Source: the human T2T-CHM13v2.0 reference genome, Homo sapiens. From it: a DNA stretch of 64,000 nucleotides. The stretch lies in assembly GCF_009914755.1 (NCBI RefSeq), contig NC_060939.1. The stretch is one strand, 5' to 3'. A program made the position numbers and the translations under genes. Of this stretch, positions 15,864-31,771 are shown piece by piece (position 1 is the first letter of the stretch; every line of letters starts with the position of its first letter). A model generated the notes under the pieces. That model was not told the DNA's origin. It saw only the letters and a list, made by a program, of their open reading frames with translations, and did no database searches.

Positions 15864-16411
15864 TTCTTGGGTATGTATTATAATAGAAAAGAAAGGTATA
15901 GAGAGAAGAGAAAGACAGATAATTTATTTTAGAAAAGTTAAGCTTAAGAACAGTCGACCAAAACAATATAAATGGCCAGCAGGCTGTTAGAAATGTATCC
16001 AAATTTAGGAAACTGATCTGAGCAAGAGCCAGAGCTGTACTGCTAGTCATTTTGTTTGTATAGCAGTGGTTCCTAAATTGGTGGGCCAGGGTAATCATAG
16101 ATGCTATTGTGATTAAAGCTATGTACTATCTCCCCTGAAGAAAATATATATGTGGCAAAAAAACTCACATTTGATTACAATTTTGGGGATTCATAATCCT
16201 TTCCAGGAGGTTCACAAAATTAATCTTTGGTGTAAAGGGTAAAGTTGCTTTGCTACAGATTTATTGGCTCTATGAATTTTGGATTCATCGAGGTAACATT
16301 TCCTTGCACATTAGATATTTGAGTGCCACTTGAGTGGAGTTACAGCATCTTCTGTCAAGTAAATCGTGAAATTATTTTACTTTCAAGAGAATAAAAGTAT
16401 GCTAAGTAAAG

Positions 16412-16822
16412 CAGTCACGTGTTTTGCAATACGTATTTGCTCTGAGAAATACATTGTTGGGTTATTTCATCATTGTGCACACAAACATCATAGAGTGTAC
16501 CTACACAAACCTAGATGGGAAAATACACTAACACGATAGCTGATAAACTTTAAAAAAAATCACACAAAAATTTCATAATGTTTTAAGAAATTTATGAATT
16601 TGTGTTGGGCCGCATTCAAAGCCATCCTGGGCCACAGGTTGGACAGGCTTGCTGTACAGCATGTTGTTGTACTGAAAAGTGTAGCCAGTTTTAGCACAAT
16701 GGTAAGTATTTGTGTATCTAAACGTCAGAAAGGTACAATAAAGATACGGTATTGTAATCTTATGGGACTGTTGTACGTGGAGTCTGTTGTTGACGGAAAC
16801 GTTATTATGCAACACAGGATTG
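16412..16822 (-). mobile_element. Tigger3a/MER7A-like DNA transposon with nested MER30
   Basis: ctgagaaatacattg...aacatcatagagtgtacctacacaaacctagatgg and ctgtacagcatgtt...acaatggtaagtatttgtgtatctaaac. Confidence 0.85.
16520..16651 (+). mobile_element. MER30 (hAT-Charlie) 3' part
   Basis: aaaatacactaacacgatagctgat...cataatgttttaagaaatttatgaatttgtgttgggccgcattcaaagcc...ggttggacaggcttg. Confidence 0.85.
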
Positions 16823-18042
16823 TATTTAGAAAATGAAACCGATGTAAAATTAATGAGAATTCCATAGGAGTCAATATTGTGCTACAATGCTTGTTAATTT
16901 TGTTTTCCTGTTATTAAGTTGAATACATATTATGTTTAACATATTAACTAATAACAGTAAGAGGGATAGGGGATAGATAGAATTTTAATTTATGAACATC
17001 ATGCACAATTATTTTACCTCATAATTGAACATCTGGTTAATGTAAGTATTATAAGCTTATAAATATTACAAAAACTTGCATAATACTGTACTCTAGACTC
17101 ATACATGTGTCAGCCAATGAGCTAAAAAAATCACAAGTTTCATACATGCATTAGCATGTATGCATCTATAGTACAATATTATGGTCACTATCTGCCTTCT
17201 TGGAGAGAAAAGGAAGAGTTGGGAACTTTTGGTTGTGACCAGGAAATGGGAAGAATGGGAATCAGTATTAAAACTGTGCAGTGTATGGTTAGAGTCTTTA
17301 TGTTCTCTAAGGAGCTTGACTATCAAACACTTTAAGTGTTTTAAGCCTGGTTTTTCCTTATAATGGACACGTAAAACAAGGAGAAAACATAAAATCTCAG
17401 ATCTCCAGACTATGTCTTCCTTGAGCCTTCTACTTGTCTAGCAGTTGGGTGGGGTATATAATAGGCTTGGTAATCACAAAGCAAGATAGTTCTGTAAGGG
17501 AGAAAAGAAACTAAAAAAGCAGGTCACTTTAGGTGAAGGACACTTTGCGTTTCAGACAGTTAAAACTACTAGGGCTTGTAAAAATTTCTGCAACTATTAA
17601 TTTGATTGTTAATCAAATTACAAATTTTGCCAATATGTAAATTTGAAATTGCTGCCATACATTTATCCACAAAGTGCAATAAAGTATAGCTTTAGAGTTA
17701 TTCTGGTTCATGTGTAATATAGTACTGTCATTTCAAACAAAACTACATGGTCCAATACAACTGAGACAAAATTTGTCTTCGTGTGTTTGGTCATCTTCTT
17801 TTGCCTTTGACTTTATTGAAATACTAGCTGAAAATTTTAGGAAATGAAGCTCATGGATTCTACTAAGAATTTTAGATGATTTGGAACACTTTACTTGTTT
17901 TGTAGTTATAATCTCATCAGCAAGTTTCCTCTTGGCTCTACCTCCAAAATATAACCAAATCTCTCTATTCATCTTCGTGTCCATTGTTATCGTCCTAGTT
18001 CAATTCAGTATTACCTCTCACCTGGATTTCTACATTAGTAGT

Positions 18043-18468
18043 TGCTGTGGATTTAATGTTTTTGCCCCCACAAATTTATGTTGAAATTTAAACTCCAGTG
18101 CAACAGTGTTAGGAGGTGCGGCCTTTTGGGAGGTGTTTAGCACCTACCATCATGAAAGTAAGAGTTCTACCTTCATGAATGGATTCGTATCCTAATAAAA
18201 GAACTGAGGGTGCCCATCGCTTTTTGGCTGTCCACCTTCTGCCATGTAAGGACACAGCATTCCTCCCCTCCAGAGGTCACAGCATTCAAGGTGCACCACC
18301 TTGGAAGTGGAGATTGGCCTCTTTCCAGACAATGAACCTACTGGTGCCTTGATCTTGGATTTCCCAGCCTCTGGACTTTCAAGCCTCTAGAACTGTGAGA
18401 AATAAATTTCTCTTTATCATCTACCCAGTCTGGTATTCTGTTAAAGCAGCACAAAATGTACAGAGACA
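18043..18468 (+). mobile_element. MSTC/MSTD-like MaLR solo LTR inserted next to an L2 fragment (about 17900-18040)
   Basis: TG..CA ends; gccatgtaaggacacagc; ctggtgccttgatcttggatttcccagcctc; perfect TSD gtagt at 18038-18042 and 18469-18473. Confidence 0.88.
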
Positions 18469-19029
18469 GTAGTTTAGTTCTCCTGCTGTGTATGAAAGGA
18501 TATATTTGAAATTACTATTCAAATATGATCAGAGATTAGAAATTGAGTTACAGTTTAGGTTTTTAATAAAGAAGGAACATCTTACAAGATTCTCTTAATT
18601 TGCTTTAGAATAGAAGCTAGCCCACAAATGTGGTTATTATGTAGTCTGCTCCCACTGCCTCTTAAGATGCATATTGTGTTTATAGTGGTGGAGCTTGCTC
18701 CAGCCCATCTCAGGAGAATTTAATATCTACATCAACCCAACCTTCATGCACCCGCACTTCCTCTGACCGTTTCTCTGAGTTGAAGATTGGCAAGAATTGG
18801 GTCCAGATAAGAATCAGAGCCTCTGAATAACTAAATAATAAAAAGCTTCCACAAAAGAGTAAATTATGAAGCCAAACCCTTTCAGAGTTTCTATATAAAG
18901 AATTATTTTGACCCCAATAATAGATAATTATGGTTGAACATGAAAATTCAATTATTTCCCAGATCCTATCTGATTTTGAATTACCAGGATGGTAGTGTCT
19001 TCGGTTTTCAATGCTTTGTTGTCATAATG

Positions 19030-19235
19030 ATAATAAAAAGTAATACTCATATAGTGCTTGTTATGTGTCAGGCATGGTTTACATTTATTATAAGTGAGTG
19101 CTGTTATTTCACACATAAGTTTGAGGCACAGAGGTTTAGTAACTTTCTCAAAGCCATACAGATAGTAAGTTTCTAAGCCAAGATCCAACTTGTGGAAATT
19201 TGACTCTAGAATTCTCACTCTTAACCACAACCCAG
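19030..19235 (-). mobile_element. MIR SINE
   Basis: tgaggcacagaggtttagtaactttctcaaagccatacagatagtaagt. Confidence 0.7.
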
Positions 19236-19254
19236 TGCAACTTTAAAAGTATAT

Positions 19255-19975
19255 TCTCTAAAAAATACTTATGTCCAGAATATATTTTAAAAAACACTTC
19301 TAAAAATCATAATAAAGACAATATAATAAAAAATGGTCACAGACTTAAAAACAAGATAAACAAATGGCCAAAAAGCACATGAAAAGATGCTCAACATCAT
19401 GAGTCATTATGGAAATAGAAATTTAAAACGCTGTGGGATACCACTATATACTCAATACAATGAGTAAAGTTAAGACTGAAAACACCAAGTATTGGCAAGG
19501 ATGTGGTGCATCTGAAACTGTCATACATTATTGATGGGAATGTGTAACAGTACAACCACTTTGGAAGATAATGTCTTGTATAGTTAAACATGTACCTATC
19601 CTGTGACCCGTTAATTCCACTCCTAGGTAATTATTTGAGAAATGAAAAAATGTCTACAAAAAAGACATGTACAAGAATGTTTATAACAGCTTTATTCATA
19701 ATTGCCAACAACTAGAAAAATCCAAATGCCTGTCCATGTAAGAAAGAATAAATTATGATAGATTTATTCAATTAGAGGACTACTTAGTTAAAAAAAATGA
19801 ACTTCTGGTACACAAAACAACATGAGAGAAGTCAGACAAAAAGGGTACAAATGGTAATTCTGTTTGATTCCATTTATTTGAAGGCCCCAAACAGGCAAAA
19901 TCTCTGTGTTCGGCATAAGGATTTTTAAAGTGATGAAAATGGCCTGTATTTTGATTATCATGTTGATTATACATG
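19255..19975 (+). mobile_element. Old L1M fragment (ORF2 end and 3' UTR)
   Basis: caaatggccaaaaagcacatgaaaagatgctcaacatca...tattggcaaggatgtgg...acaaccactttggaa. Confidence 0.85.
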
Positions 19976-20587
19976 TGTCTTATTCTCTTTGGACTACTAT
20001 AGAAAAATATAAACTGGTTAGCTAATAACAGAAATTTATTTCTTACAGTTTCTACAGACCAATTTGCTTGTTAAGTAATCTAAGCATAACACTTTTCTTT
20101 ATATGATTTGTGTAAGTGATTCAGATTCCCAGTTGGTAGAATAAATTAAAAATGTAGCTAAACTAAGCATGTTTGTTTCAGCATTTGATTTATAATATTC
20201 TGGAACTGTTAGGGACTTCTAGATGCTGCAGTTTAATGTGCTGAAATACAGCAGTTTGTCCTGGTTATAATATTGTAGCAAATGGACATATATAGACAAG
20301 TTTTATGGTACCCTGTGTAGTTTGACAGTATTTGCCTCTGGGATCCTTCACAACTTGTTCCGTGGCAATCAGGTGTGCTGGAACTACTGAAATGATGAAT
20401 TGAGGTAGTAGTTTTGTAGTCTTTTATTACAAGAGTAGTCTTTAAAATAAAGGACAACCTTAAAGTCTGTTTTTGGTTTTTGACCTCTTTCAAGTAGGCT
20501 ACTTTCTGTAGATTTTCATGGAAGTAGTAAACACCTTAGTCACCACATGTTAACTAATGTGTTCTTTGGTTTCTCAAACAAGACTGA

Positions 20588-20872
<285 letters not shown>

Positions 20873-21128
20873 TAAAGTTATGATTAGTATACTGTTGTGA
20901 GTTTTTTTCACCTGTGAATCAGTAATTATGTTTCTGGAGCTGTTTCTGTGTTAAAGGCAGTGAAATACAACATTTTTTTTTCAAACTGAGACTGACATTG
21001 ATACACATTTGTTGGGGGATGGGGTTGCTGCTTTTCCATTTACGCTTAATGCAGGAGTTAATAAATAGTCCCCCTAGTTATTCAACCGGTAACATCCTGC
21101 CTTCCCTTCTCTCAGCTATTCCCTAGAC

Positions 21129-21330
21129 CAGAGATTGGCAAACTAATCCACAGGCCAAATGCAAGCCCACCAATTGTTTTTATATTGTCTGTGAGCTAAT
21201 AATGGTTTTTATAGTTTTACATGGTTGGAAAAAATTAAAAATAATAATTTTGTGTAACATAAGAATTATATGAAATTCCCATTTCAGTATCCACAAATTA
21301 AGTTTTATTCGAACATAGCCAAGGTGATTC
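21129..21330 (+). mobile_element. MER58B-like hAT-Charlie fragment
   Basis: cagagattggcaaact...caggccaaat...gtgagctaataatggttttta...aagttttattcgaacatagcc. Confidence 0.75.
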
Positions 21331-24153
21331 CCTTATTAATTCCCTTATTTTCTAGTCTCATAAGACTATCTGGTGGTCAGCCTAATTTTTAACACTATTG
21401 TCTTCCATGCAGATGTGTGGTTTCTTACCTGTATACATTTTAAAATTTCAGTTTAACCTTTGATAATGTTATTTGCTCTTTTTTAATTAGTATGGAAAGC
21501 TCCTTCACTTTCTTTGTTTCATTTGTGGGCCAAAAACAACTGATTACATCCGAAAAGCTGAGTAATGTTAGTGTCATTTCTGTATCAAGAAAAAGAAGAG
21601 CATACACTTAGACGCAAAATAAAAATAAAGTCCCAAAATAGAGCCTTGAAAATAACAAGAATTCCCTTTAAATATATATTTGTGGATCTGTTTATTTAGC
21701 ATCTTTGTTATTTCTTATGTTTTGAGCTCCAAATAATTCTTCCATGCATGAACAGTTTGAATATGACTTACTTTCAGTTTGGGGGCTTGGTTTCTTCATA
21801 TTTTTTTTACAGCTGAATCATTGTAGTAATTCAGAAAGTTGCTTAACTTTCACTGCCCCAATTTCTTCCCCCCTTAAAGGGAGAGTTATCCTAAATCATC
21901 TCGAAAGCCTTCCTACACTAATGTTTTATGAGTTTATGATTCACCCATGCTACACATTGTATAATGTGTCTCAGCCAAAATATGTTTAAGTAGAGAACCC
22001 CGATTGAAGTCAAAAGTGAAATATGATAAATATGTCATCTTTAAAAAGTTTAAATTTTTAAAGGTGGTCTGGCCTTGGATAAAATGGGATCTGCCATATA
22101 CTAATGCTTTTTTAAGCCTGGAGACATCTAAGAAGGCGCCTATGATGGTATAATGCTTCTGGTCTGAGCTAATGGTAACTGGGGAATATTGTTGGAGAAA
22201 TTGTCTATTTTAGAAACCGAGTAAAATGGTGAAAATCTAAGGCATTTTTTTCTAGATAAACTTTTTCCTAAGAATACAAAGGTAGTAGAAAGTAAAATGT
22301 GGATTAAGAGAGAAAAATGCTTGCTCGAAAAATTATAAGAACAAGGAAAGGATGATCTAGATGTGAAATAGAAAAAACTCAGTGAAACAGAATATTGGAT
22401 ATAGTAGAGATGGACAGTTTAGGATAATAAGGGACCAAATCTGCATAACTAATTATGAGTCTGCACAGATTGATGGATTGGGTGATTGTTCAGAGTGTGG
22501 CTTTAACATAAATAAAGCTAGTAAAAATAAACCTGAGATTCAGAAAGAACAGAAACTTTTATTCCCTATGACAGCTTAAAAATCAAGAGCACTTACCCTA
22601 GTCCTAGGGTATAGAATATTGATAGACTAATAAGAAAATAGATTATTTTGCTAGAAGTAACAGGAATCAGAACACCTGATGTTTCACGTAGCCATTTTTC
22701 TTTGAGGAAGCTTGTTACTTGTGAAACGGGGATAAGAAACATCTCTCAGTATTGCCATAAAGGAGAGCTTTCAGTCAGAAATTTGCCATATTTCTTAGAG
22801 GGATTAACTATAGTATAGCATTCTAGGTAGGTTATGGGGACTTGTGTGATCAAAGGCAGAGGCGATAACTCATGGCTGTAAATTGAAAATAGCGAAGTCT
22901 TGTGAAATCTCAAGACAAATGAGACGGTGATATTGAAATGAGATTAATTTGCACCCTCTGCTGGGTAATACACTGTGATCAAGACTACTTCTGAAAAGTC
23001 CAGCAGTAGAATTGACATATACATACATTAGTTTACAATATCACTGCATTTTGAGATCACTAATGTTCATTTCTGTAGTCATTGATTTTATTCATTGGTT
23101 ATTCATTGGTTTTATTTTAACTCATTTTCCTGAGTTCTAGTTTCTTGATTTTTTTTTAAAGAAGTATTATGTTTCCTGAGTCTGTAAGTCTACAGGGTTC
23201 CTCCCAGATTAATGGTAGCTTTCCTTTAAAAGCCTTCTCGGTGAATAAACAGTGCACTTTAGTAGTAGTTCTGATGTAATAGTTATGTGAAAGACAGTTG
23301 CTGAAAACTGTTCTGTAACCATTTTGCCTGTGGATCACATCTTAGAATCCTCTACCTTAGATGAATTCTAGAAGTGAGATTCTTGCCCCTCATATCCCAT
23401 GAATTCATGCCCTTGAAGAAAGAATAAATATTCAGAAGAGGAGTATATGACCACTCGTGTGGCTAATAAATACAATATTTTAATGAGTGTTTGTAAGTCA
23501 GAATACTGATAACAATAGTGAAGAAGATGGCCCTTATCAGTTATGAGAGAACCACTTTCACAGAAGACTTTTCCAACCTTTGATTTACAATTACAGGTAC
23601 TAAAAATAAGTCTTGTTACGATTCCCAGAAAGTTATATACTTTACTGTTTTATTTTTATTTTTTTATTTTTTATTTTACTTTATTTTATTTTTTTAAGAA
23701 AGGGGGCACAAATGAAGAGCAGGCTGCCTGAGACTTGTTCAAGAAGACATCATTTTGTGTAACTGAGTCAGTGTTTACTCATTCACTCATTCAGTGATCC
23801 TATGTTGCTTACCTATAAAGCATCTTTATGATGCCTACAAAAGGTGGAGTTTATTTCCTGGATTATCCTTTGATACTCTAAATTGGAGCTTTCCAACCTG
23901 TGTGCCATGAGTGTCTGGGGCCTCCAGACTGGTTGCCTTATGTTACTGTTCTATATGTGCCTGAGGAGAGAAGAGTTGGAAAGCACTGCTCTGCATAATT
24001 GGCTTTCATGCTTTATGGATGATTGAGAAAGAAAGAATTTGAAAGAAACACCAGGGGTTGGTGTTGTAGCCTAAGAAAATGAAAGTACTACCTTTCTTTG
24101 AGACACTTGGGGATGGAATGATCGTTGTTAAGGACAGATTCTGAGAAAGTCTT

Positions 24154-24515
<362 letters not shown>

Positions 24516-26211
24516 CTAAATCTTTATAGCCTTGATTTCTTCCTTTAATTCTTTAATACAAGTTAGTATTACCTTGGAGCACATATAATTTAAATTGTTA
24601 ACTAAAATTTAACTGTTCATTTGTGTACATCATAGAGTTCCACATTGCCTATTTAGTTTTCATTAGATATAATGGTTCTTCTCTGTAAGTAGGACACTTC
24701 TGTCTTACAAACATTTTATCAAAATGTTTACCATTTGTATAGGTTATGTTATTTGACCATCTTTAGCTGATACATGGTATGTGACATGTAAATTTAAAAT
24801 ACCGAATTATAATACAGCTTAAGATTTTTTAAGTTTCTGAATTAACTAGTATCAAAAGTTTGCTAAAATATCTGTTTACTACTAAACACAGTTTTTAGTT
24901 ATCATGGGGATCTAAAGTAGTTTTTCTTTAGTTTATATAATAGATAATAAAATATTATAAATTTGCTAGTATTATTAAAATTTGCTAAAGCTATGCTTTT
25001 TAAACCATATTATGGGCTAAGGTATGACAAAAGAATAGGCTGAGTAGAAAGATAGGAATCTTTTAAAATGCTTGAATTCCTGAAGATGCTCTGTGGGGAC
25101 AAGAAAAAGCAAGGTTATAAGACAGTTACCATTATAAACTTAGAGTGACAAAGGTAATGTGGAAATGGAGAAAGGAAAAACTAGAAATATTTCCAGTTTA
25201 AGAAGTTGCCAAAGAGATTAAGGAATTGTTTTTATGATTAATAAGTAATTAGGTTGTGGATAAAATTGTTTATAGAAGTTGAAGTGCCTTTAAGATAATG
25301 GTTCTATTGTTTAAAAAGAGCATGTTTTAAAAATAAGGTTTCTTTCCAGTTACTGTAGCCTAAAACGAAATTAGAATATTTCTTTTCTAGGAAGAAAATA
25401 ATGTGGTTATAATATAGCAGTAGCTTTATTAAAAATGAGACTCACCCCTTTCTATCATGGGGGAATCTTGAAAGACCAGGGAAACATCTTTCTGCCTTGG
25501 GTTGAACTTTATCGAAGTACAGAACAAGAATTTCCTGCTAAGCTTTTCCACTGTGCCTCTGAATTATTCCTTTGTGAAACTTCAGTCCTACAGAAGTGCT
25601 CCTCCACTAAAAACCAATTGCCTTAACTAACTTTTCCTTAGGATTCAGCCTTCCTAGCAGTTTTGTTTCTTGAAAGATACTAGTTCCCCTATTCACCGTA
25701 ATACCACAGTTAGGAAAAGAATGGGAGTGGGAGTAGAGATAGTGGAGTATTGTTATTGTTCCTTATTCCCCTTACAAGTTATTAGTCTATCACCCACATA
25801 TATAAATCCCATTATTGAATCTGTGTAGCATTCAGATTAGCATCTATTAGCTTTCATTTTCATCTACTCATCTTAGCAGTTTCTTCCCAAAGCCAGATTT
25901 TCTACATCTGAGCCTCATCATCATTCTTGGCTACTTTTCTTTGCAGTCTCGACCTTCTGGTCTTCATTTCAGCAGGCTACTTTCCTGGATCTCGTTGTTA
26001 CCCAGAACTGTTCCATTTGAGGAATTTTATAATTTCCTGTCATTTCTTTTTTATTCCCCTCCTACTGCTCTTCAATTTCATGTCTTCGCTATTAAATTGT
26101 GCCTCCAATTTTTTCCTTAACTAGATTCCTTCTGGCTTCAGTATTTTTTTATTGTTTTCTTTTTTAATTTAATCTAAATCTTTTCAGTCAATCTCTCAAA
26201 CAACCCTTTCA

Positions 26212-26945
<734 letters not shown>

Positions 26946-28540
26946 GTAACATTCGTGTGAAGATTATTTATATGGTGATTAAGATCTTATGTTTTAGTTT
27001 GTATGTTCAGATTTTCAAATCTTCAGTATTCTTAAAGTAGAATAAATTTATCTTGTTTCAGTTCTTATGTTAAACTATATAAGATCTTGAAATTGTTTGG
27101 ATTTGGTGAATGTTCTCAAAATGTGCATCAACAATAGTTATAAACTTAGGAATTATCAGTGATCCCTCCATTTATTCAAACAGATCTTCTTTATTCTTGA
27201 TTCTGTTTCATTCTTTTAATCTCTACCCCTCTCATATCTTTCCTGCAAATAAGGCTACTATTTTTTTTTTCATTGCCCAGTTTTACCTGGCTCCTTCTAA
27301 CTTCTGTGTTATTTACCATAATTAAATTTCTAAAACTTGGGTCTAATACTTCTTTAGGATTCCCCACTGATTTCCTAGAGACAATTTCATCTCCACATAG
27401 AAAATGTTTATAATCTGGCCCTGTCCTCCTTTGCCTTTAATCTGTCTGCCTTTTTTCTCAAAGGTAATCATTTCCATGGTATTTCCTTACTGAGTTACTT
27501 GTAGTTCATCAGAAGTACCATGTATAAGAAAATGCCCTTCCCCTTTTACATTAATAAATATGGCACTATATAGATAGCATATTGAGAGATTATGTGGAGT
27601 AGAGAATGTTGATAAACATGTTGCTAATGCTCAGAAAACAATAATGGCAGGAAACGGTTTCCTTTTTACTGTCATAGATGGAAAAATAGGAAAACTGGGT
27701 TAAAGCACCTTGGACAAACAATTTTGCTGTGAAGAATTGGAATTGAGATAAATGATAATAATAACCAGTCCAGAATCCCATTCTTTTCATTATTAACCCA
27801 TTGAAAAGGTAATAAATTATGCTATTAATTACTTTCTGTACAACCATGAATTTTGTAGTTTTTCCCCAGCAGTTGTTTTGCAACAGTTAATTATTTAATA
27901 TTGCTAGCATACCTTGAAGAGGGGGAAGAAGTCTGCCTATTAGCATTTCTGTTCTCTTTCCCTGGAGCCTTGTGGGAACTGGTTCCTGAAAATTAAGATT
28001 TAGAAAATGTCCCAAATTATTATACCTTCCTGGTTGCCTTTATTTTCTCATTTAGCTTAACACTTTCACCTTTCTTCAGCAAACTCTTTATTATTACATT
28101 TCCTCTTTCTTCTTTCAAACCCTGCATTTGGCATCTGACATATTTCCTCTTTACAATTTATTTTAAACTAACATCATTCCTTTCTGTAGTTACTGCTTTT
28201 CACTGGTTGATTTGGTCTGTCAGCCTCATCAATATTGTCTTGGCTTCATTGTTCTCTTTTATACCTGATTGTGGTATATTTCGTAATTTATTTCACATCC
28301 TTTCCATTATCTTCCAGTTGCCATTAAACTGTAATAGCCTCTATCATAGCTAAATTAAAGCCCAAACTCTGACCTCAAATTATCGACCATACTTATTAGC
28401 TTTCCAAATGTTTCTGCACTACTTTTGTTTTATTACATTCTAAATTATAATTTGAATGTGTCATGCTTTTAATTGAGTGGTTGACTGTAGTATTCCTTTG
28501 TTTAATCAACCACTGAGTGCCTTCTATGTGCTTGACTTCC

Positions 28541-28913
28541 TGTATTAGTTTCCTTGGGCTGCCGTAACAAAATAACGTAGACTGAATGGTTTAAACAACA
28601 GAATTTATTTTCTCACAGTTATGGAAGGTGGGAAGTCCAAGGTATTGGCCAATTTTCTGTTTCTGGTGTGGGCTGTCTTCCTGGCTTTCAGACTGTCACT
28701 TTCTCAAGATGTCCTCACATGGTCTAGAGAAAGAGCTCTGGTGTTTCTTCCTCTTATAAAAGCACTAGCCCTATCAGATTAGGGCCCCACCTTTATGACC
28801 TCATTTAACCTTTATCATTTCCTCCCTGGCTCTATTTCCAAATGTAGTCACCATGGATATTAGGGCTTTAACATATGAATTTGAGGGGAGCACAATCCCT
28901 TCAGTCCATAGTA
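28541..28913 (-). mobile_element. MLT1A/B-like MaLR solo LTR
   Basis: tgtattagtttcc...ttaaacaacagaatttattttctcacagtt...aacatatgaattt; perfect TSD cttcc at 28536-28540 and 28914-28918. Confidence 0.9.
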
Positions 28914-30444
28914 CTTCCTATTCCATTGTACTGTTTGTCTGTTGATTGTTAGTTGAGTAGTATTCTATGATATGCATGTACACTCTCTAAATTATTGTAA
29001 CTTTAATAAGAAGTTTAGTATCTGCTAGTGCTAGTTTTTCTCATTAGACTTACTTTAACTTTTGTGGGGAGGGGTATATTTTTGCTTATTCTTTCAGAAC
29101 TCCAGACAGTTTATGTTTTTTCGCATGTAGGTACATTTACTTAAGTTTTTTCTTAGGGTTATAAAAATGTGGCAAGGGGCTATTGTAAATGATATATTTT
29201 AAAAATCATTTTTGGTATCTTTTGAAGCTCTTCATGCAGCTTTTAGAATAATGTTAGACAATATTGGTGATATAATATCTATTTTCTTTGGGAATTTAAA
29301 GGAATTTCTAATGTTGCACAGATAAGTATGATGTCAGCTGTTGTCTTGAGATGTCCTTTACCATGATAAGGAAGTGTTCTTATGTTCTCCACCTCCCCAG
29401 ACTAGAATTTGATACTAATTTTTATGAAATCTGATTTTGCAAATGTCTCACAGACTTTTTAAATTGAAATTTTTGTTGAGATAATTGTAGATTATTAATT
29501 GCTATTGTAAGAAATAATAAATGCTGTGTACACGCTAACCTGTTTTCCCAGTGGCAACATTTTGCAAAACTATATTGTCATATCACAGCGAGGATATTTC
29601 TGTTGATACAATCTATCATATTCAGATTTCCTCAGTTACTTGTATTCATTTTTGTGTGTATTTTATTTAAGTCTGTACAGTTTTATCACGTTTTCACTAC
29701 CACAGACAAGATGCAAAACAGTTTAACAACCACAAGAATCTCTTCTTTCTGTTGATTTTATCACCACATCTATTTCCGTTTTTGCCAGGCAACCACTATT
29801 TTGTTCTCTCAATTATTTCCGTAATTTTGTCTTTCAAAAAATGTTATAAAAGTGTAATAATAAGTATGTAACCTTTCAGGATTGACCTTTTTTCTTTCAT
29901 GATCATTCTCCGAGGGTTGATCCAGGTTATTGAGTATCTCCAGAGTTTGTTCCTTTTATTGTTGAGTAGTAGTCTGTGATATGTATTTATATGACTTACT
30001 GAAGGACATCTTGGCTGTTTCCAGTTTGGGACTAAATATAACGTTGCTGTGAACATTCACATACATGTTTTTTCTGTGAATGTAAGTTTTATTTCTCTGG
30101 GGTAAATGACCAGGTATGCAGTGGCTGGGTTGTATGGTAGTTGCATATTTAGTTTTGTTAAGAAACTGCAAAACTTTTTTCTAGAGTGGGTTTATCATGC
30201 CACATTGCCACCAGCGGTTTATGAGCAATCCATTTTCTAAGCATCCTCACCAGCATTTCAAGTAGCCACTATTTTTTGTTTTACTCATTCTGAGAGATGT
30301 GTAGTGATAATAACTTATTGTGGTTTTAATTTGCATTTTTCTGATGACTAATGATCATCTTTTCATTTGATTATTTGTACCTTCTTTGGCGAATGTCAGT
30401 CTTTTTGCCCATTTTCTTATTGGATTGTTTGAGGGGTTTTCTTG

Positions 30445-30712
<268 letters not shown>

Positions 30713-31378
30713 TTGCTTTTTTACTATTGTGTTTGGAGAGTTATTTGTATATTCTAGCTACTAAGTCCTCTGTTGGAATACGTGGTTTGAAAATGTTCTC
30801 TCCCAGTCTGTAGCTTGTCTTTTCATCTTCTGAACATGGCCTTTTGCAGACCAAAGTTTTAAATTGTGATAAGGTCCCATCTATCAAGTTTTTCTTTCAT
30901 GGATCATACTTTGGTGACAAGTCCAAGAACTCTTTCCCTAGCCATAGGTCATGAAGATTTATCCTGTGTTTTTTTCCTGAAAGTTTTATATAATAGTTTC
31001 ACCTTTTACATTTAAGCCCATTGTCCATTTTAAGTTAACTTTTGTGTAAATTGTGATACTTAGATCAAGGGGTTTTTTTTCCTATGAATGTCCAGTTTTT
31101 CCTGCACCATTGTTGAAAAGATTGGATTCCTCCCTTGAATTACTTTTGTTCTCATTAAAAATCAGGTAAGCATATTTGTGTTCTTTATTATGTTCCATTT
31201 CTCTATTTGTCCATCCCTCCACCAGTATCACACACTGTATTATTGTGGCTATATAAGAAGCCCTAATACAGAGTAGAATGATTCCTAATACAGAGTAGAA
31301 TGATTCCTCCCATGTTACTCTTCTTTCTCAATATTGTTTTAGCTATTCTGGGTCTGTGCTTTTCCATATAAATTTTAG

Positions 31379-31771
<393 letters not shown>

